Below, piece after piece: positions 20,527 through 31,304 of a stretch of 64,000 nt of DNA. The notes under the pieces are model-generated. The model was not told the origin of the DNA, searched no databases, and saw nothing but the letters and a program-made list of their open reading frames with translations. Source of the stretch: Longimicrobiales bacterium. GTDB lineage: Bacteria; Gemmatimonadota; Gemmatimonadetes; Longimicrobiales; Gaopeijiaceae. Numbering within the stretch: the first letter of the stretch is position 1; each line of letters opens with the position of its first letter. Where the stretch lies: positions 1,472,001 to 1,536,000 of the forward strand of contig CBDAON010000004.1 of assembly GCA_965198065.1 (NCBI GenBank), in the 5' to 3' direction. The position numbers and the translations under genes are program-made.

Positions 20527-21135
20527 ATGCGACGAGCGATCATTGGCCTACTCAGTGCTGCGCTGGCAGTGTTATGTGTGCCCCCATCGGCTCGGGCACA
20601 ACAGCAACGATCATTGTGGCGTGGCCTAGTTGTCGCGCCCGAGCAGCGCTGCTCTGCCTACAACGCGGACGACTACCGGTACCCACAGTCTGTAGAAGAT
20701 CAGATCGTCACCGAACTCGGCGGTGTCTATGGTCCCTACACCGGCCGATGGTTCGCCAGCCAGTTCGAGACCGACATCGAGCACATGGTCGCGCGCTCAG
20801 AGGCGCACGACAGTGGCCTCTGCACAGCAGACGAGGCGACCCGGCGTCGCTTCGCAACCGACCTGCTCAACCTGACGCTGGCGGCTCCCGGAGTGAACCG
20901 TAGCCAGAAGGGTGCCCGCGACGCCACCGATTGGCTTCCCGATCAGAACACTTGTTGGTTCGCTGGTCGCGTCATCGCGGTTCGTCAAAAGTACCGGCTC
21001 ACCATCGACCGGCGCGAAGCCGATACCCTTGAGCGCGTACTGGCTGGTTGCACCTCGACCAGCTTGGTCGTGGTGGGTCGTGGCACCGTGCCACCCCGCA
21101 AGACGAAGCCCAAGGGCCGCCAGGCCGGCTCATGA
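20527..21135 (+). CDS. Secreted HNH-like nuclease (DUF1524-type)
   Basis: Signal peptide; DIEHMVARSEAHDSG, NLTLA..VNRSQKGARDA..WLP. Confidence 0.75.
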   Translation: MRRAIIGLLSAALAVLCVPPSARAQQQRSLWRGLVVAPEQRCSAYNADDYRYPQSVEDQIVTELGGVYGPYTGRWFASQFETDIEHMVARSEAHDSGLCTADEATRRRFATDLLNLTLAAPGVNRSQKGARDATDWLPDQNTCWFAGRVIAVRQKYRLTIDRREADTLERVLAGCTSTSLVVVGRGTVPPRKTKPKGRQAGS

Positions 21136-21291
21136 AACGACTGGTCGCCTACCTGGCCGGAGAGACTCCGGCCCCAGGAGGCCGCGCTGATCCGCCAAAG
21201 GACCTCCACTGATCCTCGAGCGCCGGCCGATTCGCAGCCGAGAACCACTAGCGGCTCGGACCAAAATCCCGCTCTCGCCCACGCTGGCGCA

Positions 21292-21460
21292 TCAGGTCCA
21301 GCGCCCGCGCAACGTCTCGGCGAGCGTCCCGTAGTCCCGGGCCAAGTGCGTCACTTGCCCGCTGAGCTGCTCGACCTGCCGCCGCAAGGTCTCGACCTGC
21401 GCGGTGTGCTGCTGCTGCGCCTGCTCGTACTGCGCGGACAACGCCCGCAAGGCGGAATAC
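21292..21460 (-). pseudogene. Mobilisation-protein (MbeD-like) coiled-coil fragment
   Basis: ALRALSAQYEQ..QVEQLSGQVTHLARDY. Confidence 0.4.
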
Positions 21461-21728
21461 TCGGGGCCTGAATCACGGCAAGAAATCACGTAAGTTCAAT
21501 CAGGACTGCACGATCTGCCGCTCTTGCCATGGGAGGACTATCCGATTCCGTCGTCTCAAAATGGCCGGAATGCAGGAGTGAACGGCGGGAGTTCAGACGG
21601 ATGATTTCGACGCCGTTCGAGGTCGGCCGAGAGCTTCGGGATGCGCTTGGGGCGAGCCGCTCAAGTGGCGGGTGATGTCCGCCCTTTCCCAACACTCCGC
21701 AGATGCGCGTCCATTGAGGTTTGGGATA

Positions 21729-22770
21729 TGATCTGCCCCCTAAAACGAGACCGAGTCCAGTTTTAGAATTCTAGACGGGTCGAGACATGGGAAAGGAGGT
21801 CAGAATGGCAGCGCCAAAGAAGCTAAGCGCGGGACAGATCATCAACCAGCTGCGCAAGGCGGAGGTGGGCCTAGCGAACGGGAAGAGGGTCAAGCAAGTG
21901 TGCCGGGAGCTTGGGGTGAGCGAAAGGAAGGCGTGCCGGGTGTTGGGCCAGGCGCGCTCGACGCAGCGTCGGATCCCGAAGCGAAGGGAGGACGAGGAGG
22001 CGCTGAGACAGGGCGTGGTGAAGGTGGCCCGACGGTTTGGACGCTACGGGTACCGGATGGTGACGGGGATGCTGAGGACGCAGGGCTGGGGTGTGAACCA
22101 CAAGCGGGTGGAGCGGATCTGGAGGCTGGAGGGGCTCAAGGTACCAAGTAAGCAGCCGAAACAGGGCCGCCTGTGGTTGACGGACGGCTCGTGTATCCGA
22201 CTGCGGCCCCTGTACCGACATCACGTATGGGCGTATGACTTCGTGTCCGACCGGACGCATGATGGACGGCCGCTCAAGATGCTGACGGTCCTAGACGAAT
22301 ACAGCCGGGAGTGCCTGGCGATCGTGGTGGCCCGCAGGCTTCAGTCGGACGATGTCCTGCAGACGCTGAGTGAGCTGTTTGCCGAGCATGGTCCCCCGAC
22401 GAACCTACGTTCGGACAACGGGCCGGAGTTCACGGCCCAGGTGGTTCGGCAGTGGCTTGGAGGGTTGGGTGTGAAGACGCTGTTCATCGAACCCGGCAGC
22501 CCGTGGAAAAACGGCTACAACGAGAGCTTCAACGGCACGCTCAGGCAAGAGCTGTTGAGGCGCGAGATTTTCTATTCGCTCCAGGAGGCGAAGGTGCTGA
22601 TCGAGCAGTGGCGACGCGAATACAACACCGTCCGACCCCACAGCTCTCTGGGCTATTTACCGCCCGCTCCTGAAGCAATCCGACCCGACCCGAAGCTGCT
22701 CAACCTGCCCTTGCTACTCGGACCTCACCCCAGACAAAATGAGGCGGTTCGACTAACACTCTAGGTGGTC
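21729..22770 (+). mobile_element. IS3-family (IS407-like) element; orfA and orfB fused by internal deletion; right end truncated
   Basis: Left IR TGATCTGCCCCC; ORF 21787-22764 with W.YDFV, RSDNGPEF, ESFNG, YNTVRPHSSLG. Confidence 0.88.
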
Positions 22771-22855
22771 ACCGTGGAGACCGGCGGGTACGAGCTGCAC
22801 CCGGTCGCCACCAGCAGATAATTCACCATGCGCTGGAACACGTGGGAGAGCGGCA

Positions 22856-23131
22856 CATCCACGCGACGTCGAGGTTGAGGTTCCGGTGGTAGACGTCGTC
22901 CACCACGTGCGCCTGCACCAGGTCCCGCAGCTCTTTCAGGTCGATGACGTATCCGGTCTCCGGATCCACCGGCCCGCGCACGGTCACCTCGAGCTCGTAG
23001 TTGTGGCCGTGCCAGTTCGGGCTTGAGCAGTCCCCGAACACGTCCGCGTTGTGCGCGTCGGACCACTCGCTGCGGAACAGCCGATGCGCGGCGCTGAAAT
23101 GGAGCCGGCGGGTGACCCGGACCTCGGGCAT
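22856..23131 (-). pseudogene. queD: 6-carboxytetrahydropterin synthase, 3'-truncated
   Basis: HFSAAHRL, C...HGHNYELEVTVRG.VD.ETG.VIDL; ends after HRNLNLDV. Confidence 0.85.
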
Positions 23132-23283
23132 CCAGTGGCCTCCGGGTTGGATCGAGCGGGAGCGCGGCGAGGCGGCCGAGGACCGCCGGCGCCTACCGGG
23201 CCGCGCGCTCGTGCGGCGGACCGTGCGCGGGCGATACCCATGGCCGATGGGATCGTTTCCGCTTGCCGGCCAGGATCGGCCCG

Positions 23284-23322
23284 AAAAGGAGCGGGGCCGG
23301 CGCCCTGAAGCGCCGACCCCGC
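23284..23322 (-). terminator. Rho-independent terminator
   Basis: Minus strand GCGGGGTCGGCGC-TTCAGG-GCGCCGGCCCCGC followed by TCCTTTT. Confidence 0.75.
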
Positions 23323-23326
23323 AGGT

Positions 23327-23480
23327 GTACCTGGAGGGTTTTTTTATTGAAGCCCGGGTCGATACGTCTGGCGACCTCCCCTCGGCTTCCGCCTTCCTCA
23401 CGACGGAGGCGTGACGTCCACCTCGGGAGCTCGGTCCCGGCTTCGCTTGTGTTGGCTCAATAAACGAGCCCCCCAAGCAC
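23327..23480 (-). ncRNA. ssrS: 6S-like RNA
   Basis: 5' GUGCUUGGGGGG pairs with 3' CCCUCCAGGUAC; UUUAUUGAGCC pairs with GGCUUCAAUAAA; central A-rich bubble; upstream TATATT -10 box and downstream terminator. Confidence 0.6.
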
Positions 23481-23486
23481 GTTCGA

Positions 23487-23492
23487 AATATA
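23487..23492 (-). promoter_or_regulatory. Putative -10 box for the 6S-like RNA
   Basis: TATATT 6 nt upstream of the closing stem. Confidence 0.45.
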
Positions 23493-23546
23493 GGGAGCAG
23501 GACCCGTGCCGTTCATCACCGCATGATCGCGCTGCCGCCGCGCCAA

Positions 23547-24011
23547 TCACTGCACGGTGACGAGCACGGGCCATGGTCCGAGATCCTCGTGCTGCTCCAC
23601 GTTGTGCCACAGCACGAAATCGAGGCTCGTGCTGCCCGCGGTGACCCCGGTCAAGGTGGCCGTAAACGCGCCTGTGCGCGAGAAGGTCAGCAGAGAGGCA
23701 TTCGCGGGAGTGAGACGCAGCTCGAACTCTCCCAGTTCCGCATTCACCGAGGCGCCCGCATCGTTCAGGAACGTGGCGGTGACGTTTTGCGTGCCCGTGG
23801 GGATCACGATCGGGCTGGGGCCGGCGATGACCGTGCCGCTCGTGTTCAACGTCACGGTGCTCGCCCCCACGGTGAGCTGGATCGTCGCGATCGCCTCTGC
23901 CGGATCGTCGATCGCCTCTGTCGGATCGTCGTCGCATGCGGCCAGCATCGCGACGGTAGCGAAGAGCGGAGCCAAAGCGAGCGCGCGGATCCAACGGGTT
24001 CTGGTCTGCAT
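23547..24011 (-). CDS. Lipoprotein associated with a TonB receptor
   Basis: Lipobox LAAC; C-terminal WH...HED; directly downstream of the receptor. Confidence 0.75.
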   Translation of the reverse strand: MQTRTRWIRALALAPLFATVAMLAACDDDPTEAIDDPAEAIATIQLTVGASTVTLNTSGTVIAGPSPIVIPTGTQNVTATFLNDAGASVNAELGEFELRLTPANASLLTFSRTGAFTATLTGVTAGSTSLDFVLWHNVEQHEDLGPWPVLVTVQ

Positions 24012-24062
24012 GGTAGTTCTCCGCTGGCTGTGTGTGTGGGATGTGTGTGTGTTGTTGGACGT

Positions 24063-26373
24063 CTAGAACGACAGCCGGTACATGAGCACAAAGTTCCGCC
24101 CGGGCTGCGGCATGATGTCCTTGATGCGAGACAAGTGGTCGCGGTACTCCGTGTCGGTGACGTTTTCCACGCGCGACGTGAGCGTGTGGAACCGTCCGCC
24201 GATCAGCCTGCGCACGCCTACGTCCAGCGTTCCGGTCACGTATTCCGGGGTGCGCGTCTCGAAGTCGCCCAGCCGCTCCTGGGCCGCGGCCCAGCGTATG
24301 CTCACACCCCCGAACACGCGCGGGTTCTCGTAGCGGAGCCCCACCCGCCCATTGAGCGGCGGGATGAGCGACGGATACGGCGAGGCCGGCACGAACGTCG
24401 TGTCGGTCCCCTGGATGATCGGGACCGACGCGCGCTCCGACGTGAAGCGGGCGCGCACGTAAGAGGCGGTGGCCTCCGCGACCCAGGCACCCCCGAGGCT
24501 CACCTGAGCCTCCCCCTCGGCGCCCACGAAGCGCGTGTTTTCGTTCGTGTACTGGAAGCGGGGGCGCCCCCCCTGAGTGCCCAGCTCCGCCCGCCCCCGG
24601 CTGGACGGGAAGACGTAGTCGTTCAGCCAGTTGCTGAATCCGGCGAGCTCGGCCGTGAATCCCTCGGTCGTCACCCGCACGAACGCGTCCACCCCCAGCC
24701 CCGTCTCCCGCCCCAGAGATGGATCGCCCACGTCGTACGAGTTGGCCGCCAGGTGCGGCCCGTTCGAGTAGAGCTCGTTGAAGTCGGGCGTACGGTACGC
24801 ACGGCTCACGCTCGTGCCGAGCCGCACGGCGTTAGTGGCCGCGAAGAGCAGCCCCGCCGAGCCCGACACGGCGCCGAATGTGCGCGGCCGCACCGGAATC
24901 CGCTGTCCGCCCGCGAAGATGAACGCGGTCGTATCGCGCGGGACGTAGTGGGCCCAGTCGTAGCGCGCGCCCAACTGGAGCCGGAGCCGGCCGATCCCGA
25001 TCTCCTCCACCAAGAACGCCGCCAGCGCCAAGTCGTACGTAGATGGCGTGCGCAGCGAGCCCCCGGTCTGGATGTCGCGATAATGCGCCTGCGCGCCCAC
25101 CGCCCCGAGCGCCAACGGACCCGCCGCGCCGTGGCGCGCGAGCAGGTCCAGATTGCTCATGTTCTGAGTGTACTCGGTGCCGACGTTGCCGCTCTGCTCC
25201 AGCTCGACATGGTTGTAGTAGGTGTACGAGCCGGCCGCACGAAGCGTGTTGACGAAGCGCTCTTCCTCGTAATGCCGCTCCGCCTCGCCGCGAAACGAGT
25301 GGCGCCGCATCTCGATGTCGACGCCGCGCTCGTGTCCGCCCACGAAGCCGCCGGGAATCCCGTAATGAGTGTCGAAGAAGCGGTACGCGGCTCCCGCGTG
25401 GCCCCAAGGCCCGATCGTCGCGCCGCCGAGCGCACCCGAGAACGTGCGCGCCCCGGTGTTCACCAGGTCGCCCACCGGCGTAGCCACGTCGCCCGACCGC
25501 CGCACGCTCCCCTCCGCGCGCAGCGCGAGCGGTCCGAGTCCGGCGGTGACGAACCCGCCGGCGGTGAAGCTGTCGTTGCCAAGTCTCGCCCTGCGTCGTG
25601 AGGGTGCCGTGCGCCTGCCCGGTACGCGAGGTCGGAATCTCCTCGCTCACGACGTTCACCACCCCACCGAGCGCGCTGCTCCCGTAGAGCAGCGACATCG
25701 GCCCCCGCACGATCTCGAACCGCTTCGCGTTCACCGCGTCGATGGCAACCGCGTGATCGCCCGAGGTGGACGACATGTCCCCCGGCCGCATCCCGTCCTC
25801 CAGGATCAGGATCCGATCGCCTCCCAGCCCACGCAGCACGGGCCGTCCCGTCACCGGCCCGATCGAGCTCACCGCGAGCCCGGGCTCGGACTCCAAGGTG
25901 CCGGCCACGGTCGTGCTGAGGCGCCGGTCCAGCTCGGCCCCGCTCATCACCGAGACGGGGCTCATCACGTCCTGCCCGGCGCGCCGGGTGAGCGCGCCGG
26001 TCACCACGATCTCGGAGAGCTCGATGGCGCGAACGTGCAAGGCGGTCAGGATCTCGGTGGTCGCGTCGGCGCGCACCTCCACTTCCTGGACGTGCCGGTC
26101 GTAGCCGAGCTGCTCGATCTCGACCGTGTAGCGGCCGGCGGGCAGACGGACGAAGCGGAAGGAGCCGTCCTCCGCGGCCAGCTCGGCGCGATGCGCCTCG
26201 ACCACCTCCACCCGCGCGAGCGGGAGGGGCTCCCCGGTCTGCTCGTCGGTGACGCGGCCCGACAGTACGCCGACTGGCGTCTGCGCGGCGGCCGGTGCGG
26301 CCCCGTATGCGGCCCCGAGCGCCGCCCCTAGAACCAGCCCGATGCGGGCTGCGAATCCCGTCCCCTGAACCAC
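24063..26373 (-). CDS. TonB-dependent receptor (ZnuD-like metal uptake), frameshift at ~25583
   Basis: GGAGG RBS + GTG; IVVTG TonB box, GRPVLRG, GDHAVAID, RGPMSLLYGSSALGGVVN; HLA, C-terminal PGRNF..RLSF. Confidence 0.88.
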
Positions 26374-26453
26374 GTGGCCTCCTGCTCGAATGCACCGACT
26401 CGCCGCGCGCGATCGGCGCGCACGGCTTCGACGATCCTCGGATGGGATTGGGG

Positions 26454-26789
26454 TCAGGCCGCAGGGGGTGCGCGCGAGCGGAGCGAGGAAACGCGCGTGA
26501 AATGAGGAGGCCAGGCCTCGGGGGAGGCGTCGGGATTCGGCGCGAGCAGCCCATCCCGGTGATAGCGGGACCCATCGGTGGGAGCGGCGCTCGACACCAC
26601 TACCTGCGTGCAGATTGTGTGGTCGTGGCCGCGCACGCACGCGCCGGGATCGTGCGCGCTCTCCACCACCGCGCCGTGGCTCCATCCGTCGGCATCCATG
26701 ATCGGCACGGCGAGCCCCGCCCAGAGCGAGAACGTCGCCAGACATGGCGTCAGGACACGGCGGAGCGGATGGTGAGAGCGAGCGTTCAC
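26454..26789 (-). CDS. DUF2946-like leader protein with His/Cys motif and C-terminal RAPP
   Basis: Hydrophobic N-terminus, HDPGACVRGHDHTIC, ends RSRAPPAA*; upstream of the TonB receptor. Confidence 0.7.
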   Translation of the reverse strand: MNARSHHPLRRVLTPCLATFSLWAGLAVPIMDADGWSHGAVVESAHDPGACVRGHDHTICTQVVVSSAAPTDGSRYHRDGLLAPNPDASPEAWPPHFTRVSSLRSRAPPAA

Positions 26790-26903
26790 GGCCTTAGGTT
26801 AGACGCGTGGTCGGTGCGTGTCAAAAGACGCTCCGCCCCCGGCCCCTCCCGTTGCGGAGCCGGTCGGCTGCGTAACGGGCGGTTGAGAGCACGGCCGGAC
26901 GGG

Positions 26904-26996
26904 CTACCCATTGAGACCCGGCAGCTCTCCGCGTTCTAGTTGGTCGAAGGCGCGCCGTACATAGCGCTGCGTGCGGTACTCTCCGAATTCCTTCAG
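26904..26996 (-). pseudogene. C-terminal remnant of an Eco57I-like (type IIG) restriction-modification gene
   Basis: Translates as LKEFGEYRTQRYVRRAFDQLERGELPGLNG*; abuts an IS256-like end (GGTAGTGTCC...TTTGTGTAAA). Confidence 0.5.
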
Positions 26997-27244
26997 GTAG
27001 TGTCCCGGGATTTGTGTAAAAGCGGTAGGCTGGACGGCGGGGATTGGGCTCGGCGCGGTTACGGTGGCGTTGTCTCTGGTGGCGGGGCTGCTCGGCCCGG
27101 TGGCGATCGCGGTCTATAGCGGTGGTGCTCATCATGCCGGTGTGGGTGGCATGGTACTAGCTCGCGCGGCGAGGATGAAGGCGGCGGATGGCGGGCCGGC
27201 TGCGCAGCAGCGCCGCCGGCGCGACCGGTGACGCGAGGGTGGCG

Positions 27245-27430
27245 TCAGTCGATCTCACTTGCCGCGATGCGCAGCTTCCCGCCAGTGGCCGAGCGCGGCT
27301 GGCGGATGACGATGTCGATATCGCGGCCGAGCGCGGTCAGCAGGCGGAACAGGCGCTCCAGGGAATACTCGCGGAAGTCGCCCCTGAGCAGCCACGACAC
27401 GTCGGGCTGGGTGAGGCCGAGCAGGCGCGC
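27245..27430 (-). pseudogene. XRE-family HTH (antitoxin-like) C-terminal fragment
   Basis: ARLLGLTQPDVSWLLRGDFREYSLERLFRLLTALGRDIDIVIR. Confidence 0.75.
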
Positions 27431-27453
27431 CGGGAACGGAAGCACGCGGCCGG

Positions 27454-28590
27454 GTGCTGGAGAAGGGTCTGAACGGCGTCATCAAGAAGATCGCCGCCCT
27501 GCTCGAAGGCGGTACGGTCGAATCGGAGCGTCGCGCCTCCCTGCATATGGCGTTTGGCGTCGCCCTGGCGACCCTGGGTGAGCGGGAGCCCGGGACAGAG
27601 CGCCTTGAGCAGGCCGTGGCTGTCCACACTGGGGCGCTCAAGGAGTGGACGCGCGTGCGGGTGCCCCTCAAATGGGCTATGACGCAGAGCAACCTCGGTG
27701 TTGCCCTTACGGCCTTGGGTGAGCGGGAGCCCGGGACAGAGCGCCTTAAGCAGGCCGTGGCCGCCTATACCGAGGCGCTCAAGGAGCGTACCCGTGAGCA
27801 GGTGCCCCTCGACTGGGCCGGGACGCAGAGCAACCTCGGCGCCGCCCTTACGACCCTGGGTGAGCGAGAGCCCGGGACAGAGCGCCTTAAGCAGGCCGTG
27901 GCCGCCTTCACCGAGGCACTCAAGGAGCGTACCCGTGAGCAGGTGCCCCTCAACTGGGCCGCGACGCAGAGCAACCTCGGCGCCGCCCTTACGGCCCTAG
28001 GCGAGCGGGAGCCCGGGCCAGAGCGCCTTAAGCAGGCCGTGGCCGCCTATACCGAGGCGCTCAAGGAGCGTACCCGTGAGCAGGTGCCCCTCGACTGGGC
28101 CGGGACGCAGAACAACCTCGGCGCCGCCCTGGCGACCTTGGGCAAACGGGAGCCCGGGCCAGAGCGCCTTAAGCAGGCCGTGGCCGCCTATACCGAGGCG
28201 CTCAAGGAGCGTACCCGTGAGCAGGTGCCCCTCAATTGGGCCGAGACGCAGAGCAACCTCGGCGCCGCCCTTACGACCCTAGGCGAGCGGGAGCCCGGGC
28301 CAGAGCGCCTTAAGCAGGCCGTGGCCGCCTATACCGAGGCACTCAAGGAGCGTACCCGTGAGCAGGTGCCCCTCAAATGGGCCGCGACGCAGAACAACCT
28401 CGGTGTTGCCCTTACGGCCCTGGGCGAGCGGGAGCCTGGGACAAAGCGCCTTAAGCAGGCCGTGGCCGCCTTCACCGAGGCGCTCAAGGAGCGTACCCGT
28501 GAGCAGGTGCCCCTCGACTGGGCCATGACACAGAGCAACTTCGACCGCGCCATTCAGATCTTACGTGACCGGGGCAGACGGTCCCGCTGA
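27454..28590 (+). CDS. TPR-repeat protein (seven near-identical 47-aa units), probably N-truncated
   Basis: 141-bp tandem unit recurring at ~27580, 27721, 27862, 28003, 28144, 28285, 28426; WAxTQxNLGxAL. Confidence 0.85.
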   Translation: MLEKGLNGVIKKIAALLEGGTVESERRASLHMAFGVALATLGEREPGTERLEQAVAVHTGALKEWTRVRVPLKWAMTQSNLGVALTALGEREPGTERLKQAVAAYTEALKERTREQVPLDWAGTQSNLGAALTTLGEREPGTERLKQAVAAFTEALKERTREQVPLNWAATQSNLGAALTALGEREPGPERLKQAVAAYTEALKERTREQVPLDWAGTQNNLGAALATLGKREPGPERLKQAVAAYTEALKERTREQVPLNWAETQSNLGAALTTLGEREPGPERLKQAVAAYTEALKERTREQVPLKWAATQNNLGVALTALGEREPGTKRLKQAVAAFTEALKERTREQVPLDWAMTQSNFDRAIQILRDRGRRSR

Positions 28591-28994
28591 TCGGATGCGG
28601 CGAGGGACTGCCCCCCTCTGATTGGTTTCGGTAAGTGCATATCGAACAAGAAAATAGAGCCGCCCGCGGCACGTCACCCGCTACTTCGCCACAGAGCGAC
28701 GGCGATGACTGATCGGAGCTCAGAGAGGTGGATTTTAGGCCAGCCGACTGTTCCCGGACGCCAACCAGCCAGCTCCGATCGCTCCCGGCCCGGCTCTTCC
28801 GGGTGCCTCCCTTCTCCGGCGCCTTCGCGTTGAAGCGCGGGAACCAGGTCGAGGCGCTGCGCTCGATCCCGTCATGCCCCCGGTCGGACTCTTCGGCCCG
28901 GCACCTCTTCCCGAGGACGCCGACTCCGATACTTTCTGATAGACCCTACAACCCCATTCACGCTTGCTTCAGGTCTGGCTAGAGAGGTTTCCGC

Positions 28995-29621
28995 ATGGGC
29001 AGTGTGTTCGTCTATTGGGACAACTCGAACATTTTCCACGAAGCGCAACGCTTTGCTGTCGAACGCAACGAAGGGCCCGACGCCCGCTATCGGGTGAGGA
29101 TCAACTTCGAGAACATGCTGCGGCTAGCGCACGCCGACCGGCCGCTTGAGAGGGCGCTTGCGGCCGGTTCCGTCCCGCCGGAACTGCGACACCTGTGGAA
29201 CCGGCTGGACGGGCTCGGAGTGGACGTGACGTTGTTTGATCGGGGCGAACCCGGTCGCGGTGAGCAAAACATGCCCGACCACGTCCTGCAGTTACGCATG
29301 CTCGAAGATGCCCTCGACTACAATGGCGATCCTGGCATCGTGGCGCTCCTGACCGGTGACGGCGCTGGATACATGGATGGCGCTGGATTCCATAGCACCC
29401 TGGAACGCATGCACAAGCGCGGCTGGCGCATCGAGATCCTTTCGTGGGCGCATTCATGCAATCAACGGATGCGCTCCTGGGCGCAAGAGCATGGCGTTTT
29501 TGTGCCGCTGGACGACTTCTACGAGGCCATCACGTTCATGGAGCCATCTCGACCGGGGCATGAATTTGCCCCCGAGCGGAGGTCGGGCGAATTGGACTTG
29601 TCCCGTCGACCGACGGCGTGA
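28995..29621 (+). CDS. NYN-domain (PIN-like) ribonuclease
   Basis: VFVYWDNSNI, EQNMPD, LLTGDGAGY, GWRIEILSW. Confidence 0.8.
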   Translation: MGSVFVYWDNSNIFHEAQRFAVERNEGPDARYRVRINFENMLRLAHADRPLERALAAGSVPPELRHLWNRLDGLGVDVTLFDRGEPGRGEQNMPDHVLQLRMLEDALDYNGDPGIVALLTGDGAGYMDGAGFHSTLERMHKRGWRIEILSWAHSCNQRMRSWAQEHGVFVPLDDFYEAITFMEPSRPGHEFAPERRSGELDLSRRPTA

Positions 29622-29850
29622 GCACTGTTGGTCGGCCGGCCGACGGCGCTGCCGATGAGCAGATGCTGGCCGGCACGCTCACAACCGAGGCGTTCGTCGA
29701 GCGGGTGCGGCGCGGATCGCGTCAGTTTGTGGAGATCTGAGGGCAAGTGCCGAGTCCCGCGCGTGCGAACGACTGGCAGAGCCAGCACTCTCACCACTCC
29801 TCGTTCAGGGAGAAGCTCATCGAGCATCTCGTGTAGTAGTTCACACCAGC

Positions 29851-31282
29851 CGGATCATCCCCGCGTAGGCGGGGAACACTGCGCCCTCTTCGCCTTCTTC
29901 TGTAGATACTTCGGATCATCCCCGCGTAGGCGGGGAACACTGGGGGGGGTCGGACAGCTCACCCCACGTATCCGGATCATCCCCGCGTAGGCGGGGAACA
30001 CCGCCGAATATGCCACCCACCTGGACCTCCTATCGGATCATCCCCGCGTAGGCGGGGAACACGTGAGTGCGATCGCGCCGTTCGACTCCGTAGCCGGATC
30101 ATCCCCGCGTAGGCGGGGAACACAATACATCCAGCACCACCTGGTCCATCGTATCCGGATCATCCCCGCGTAGGCGGGGAACACATGGACTGCTCCACAC
30201 CCGTCTTGTGCGTCGCCGGATCATCCCCGCGTAGGCGGGGAACACGGCGTACAGTTCCGCGAGTCCGGTCAGGACATCGGATCATCCCCGCGTAGGCGGG
30301 GAACACACCTCGCGATCTATCTTCTCGTAATACTGCCTCGGATCATCCCCGCGTAGGCGGGGAACACTCGTCGAGAGCGGCCGGGATCTCGACCACCTTC
30401 GGATCATCCCCGCGTAGGCGGGGAACACTCCTCGGCCATGCCGCGCACCTGACCAGTAACCGGATCATCCCCGCGTAGGCGGGGAACACTTTCGCGCCGG
30501 CCGTTCTAGTAAACATTGACGCGGATCATCCCCGCGTAGGCGGGGAACACCCATGATCGAAGTATGCCTCGATCGCCGGGTACGGATCATCCCCGCGTAG
30601 GCGGGGAACACATCACACCGCACATCGCCCGGACTGTTGCCGCCGGATCATCCCCGCGTAGGCGGGGAACACTGTCGCCTACCGTCCGGAGCCGCCTCCG
30701 GAGACGGATCATCCCCGCGTAGGCGGGGAACACGATGACCGAGTAGGCCATAAGCGATCCGGTGGCGGATCATCCCCGCGTAGGCGGGGAACACGTGGCA
30801 GCCACACTAGGAGGGATCCCCGGGGTCGGATCATCCCCGCGTAGGCGGGGAACACTGAAGCGCACGGTCTGCAAGTACCTCCTGGAACGGATCATCCCCG
30901 CGTAGGCGGGGAACACGCAGATGTCGATCCCCTCGAGTGACTTGATCTCGGATCATCCCCGCGTAGGCGGGGAACACATTCCCAGACACCCCCCAGCCCC
31001 CGCAGATGGCGGATCATCCCCGCGTAGGCGGGGAACACCCCATGCCATGGTACCGTTCGGCGAGCTGTGCCGGATCATCCCCGCGTAGGCGGGGAACACG
31101 TAGGGCTGGTGCTCATGGAGGGCGGAATGGCCGGATCATCCCCGCGTAGGCGGGGAACACGATCCAGAGCACGCTCACGGGCGCCACTGGTGCGGATCAT
31201 CCCCGCGTAGGCGGGGAACACGAGAGATCGCGCACAAGGCGGAAGCGATCGTCCGGATCATCCCCGCGTAGGCGGGGAACAC
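29851..31282 (-). CRISPR. Type I-E CRISPR array, 24 repeats and 23 spacers
   Basis: Identical 29-bp repeat (minus strand GTGTTCCCCGCCTACGCGGGGATGATCCG), 32-bp spacers, 61-bp period. Confidence 0.98.
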
Positions 31283-31304
31283 CGTGGGCCGACTCTTTCA
31301 ACCG

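Noticed and set aside
23523..25601. Long antisense and alternative-frame ORFs (also 6654-8717, 2559-4103, 58656-59906)
   Set aside because: Arg/Pro/Gly-rich shadow frames overlapping well-supported genes, as expected at high GC
27577..28560. Second CRISPR-like array
   Set aside because: In-frame 141-bp coding tandem repeats without unique spacers
29790..29818. Degenerate terminal CRISPR repeat
   Set aside because: Correct spacing but only about 13 of 29 matches; not counted
29880..29911. Self-targeting of the first spacer against IS1595 (GCGCCCTCTT at 31361)
   Set aside because: Only a 10-bp match; no convincing in-window protospacer seen by eye (search not exhaustive)
15624..31282. Array as cognate of the type I-G genes
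   Set aside because: The 29-bp repeat and 61-bp period are type I-E, and a cas5e remnant is adjacent
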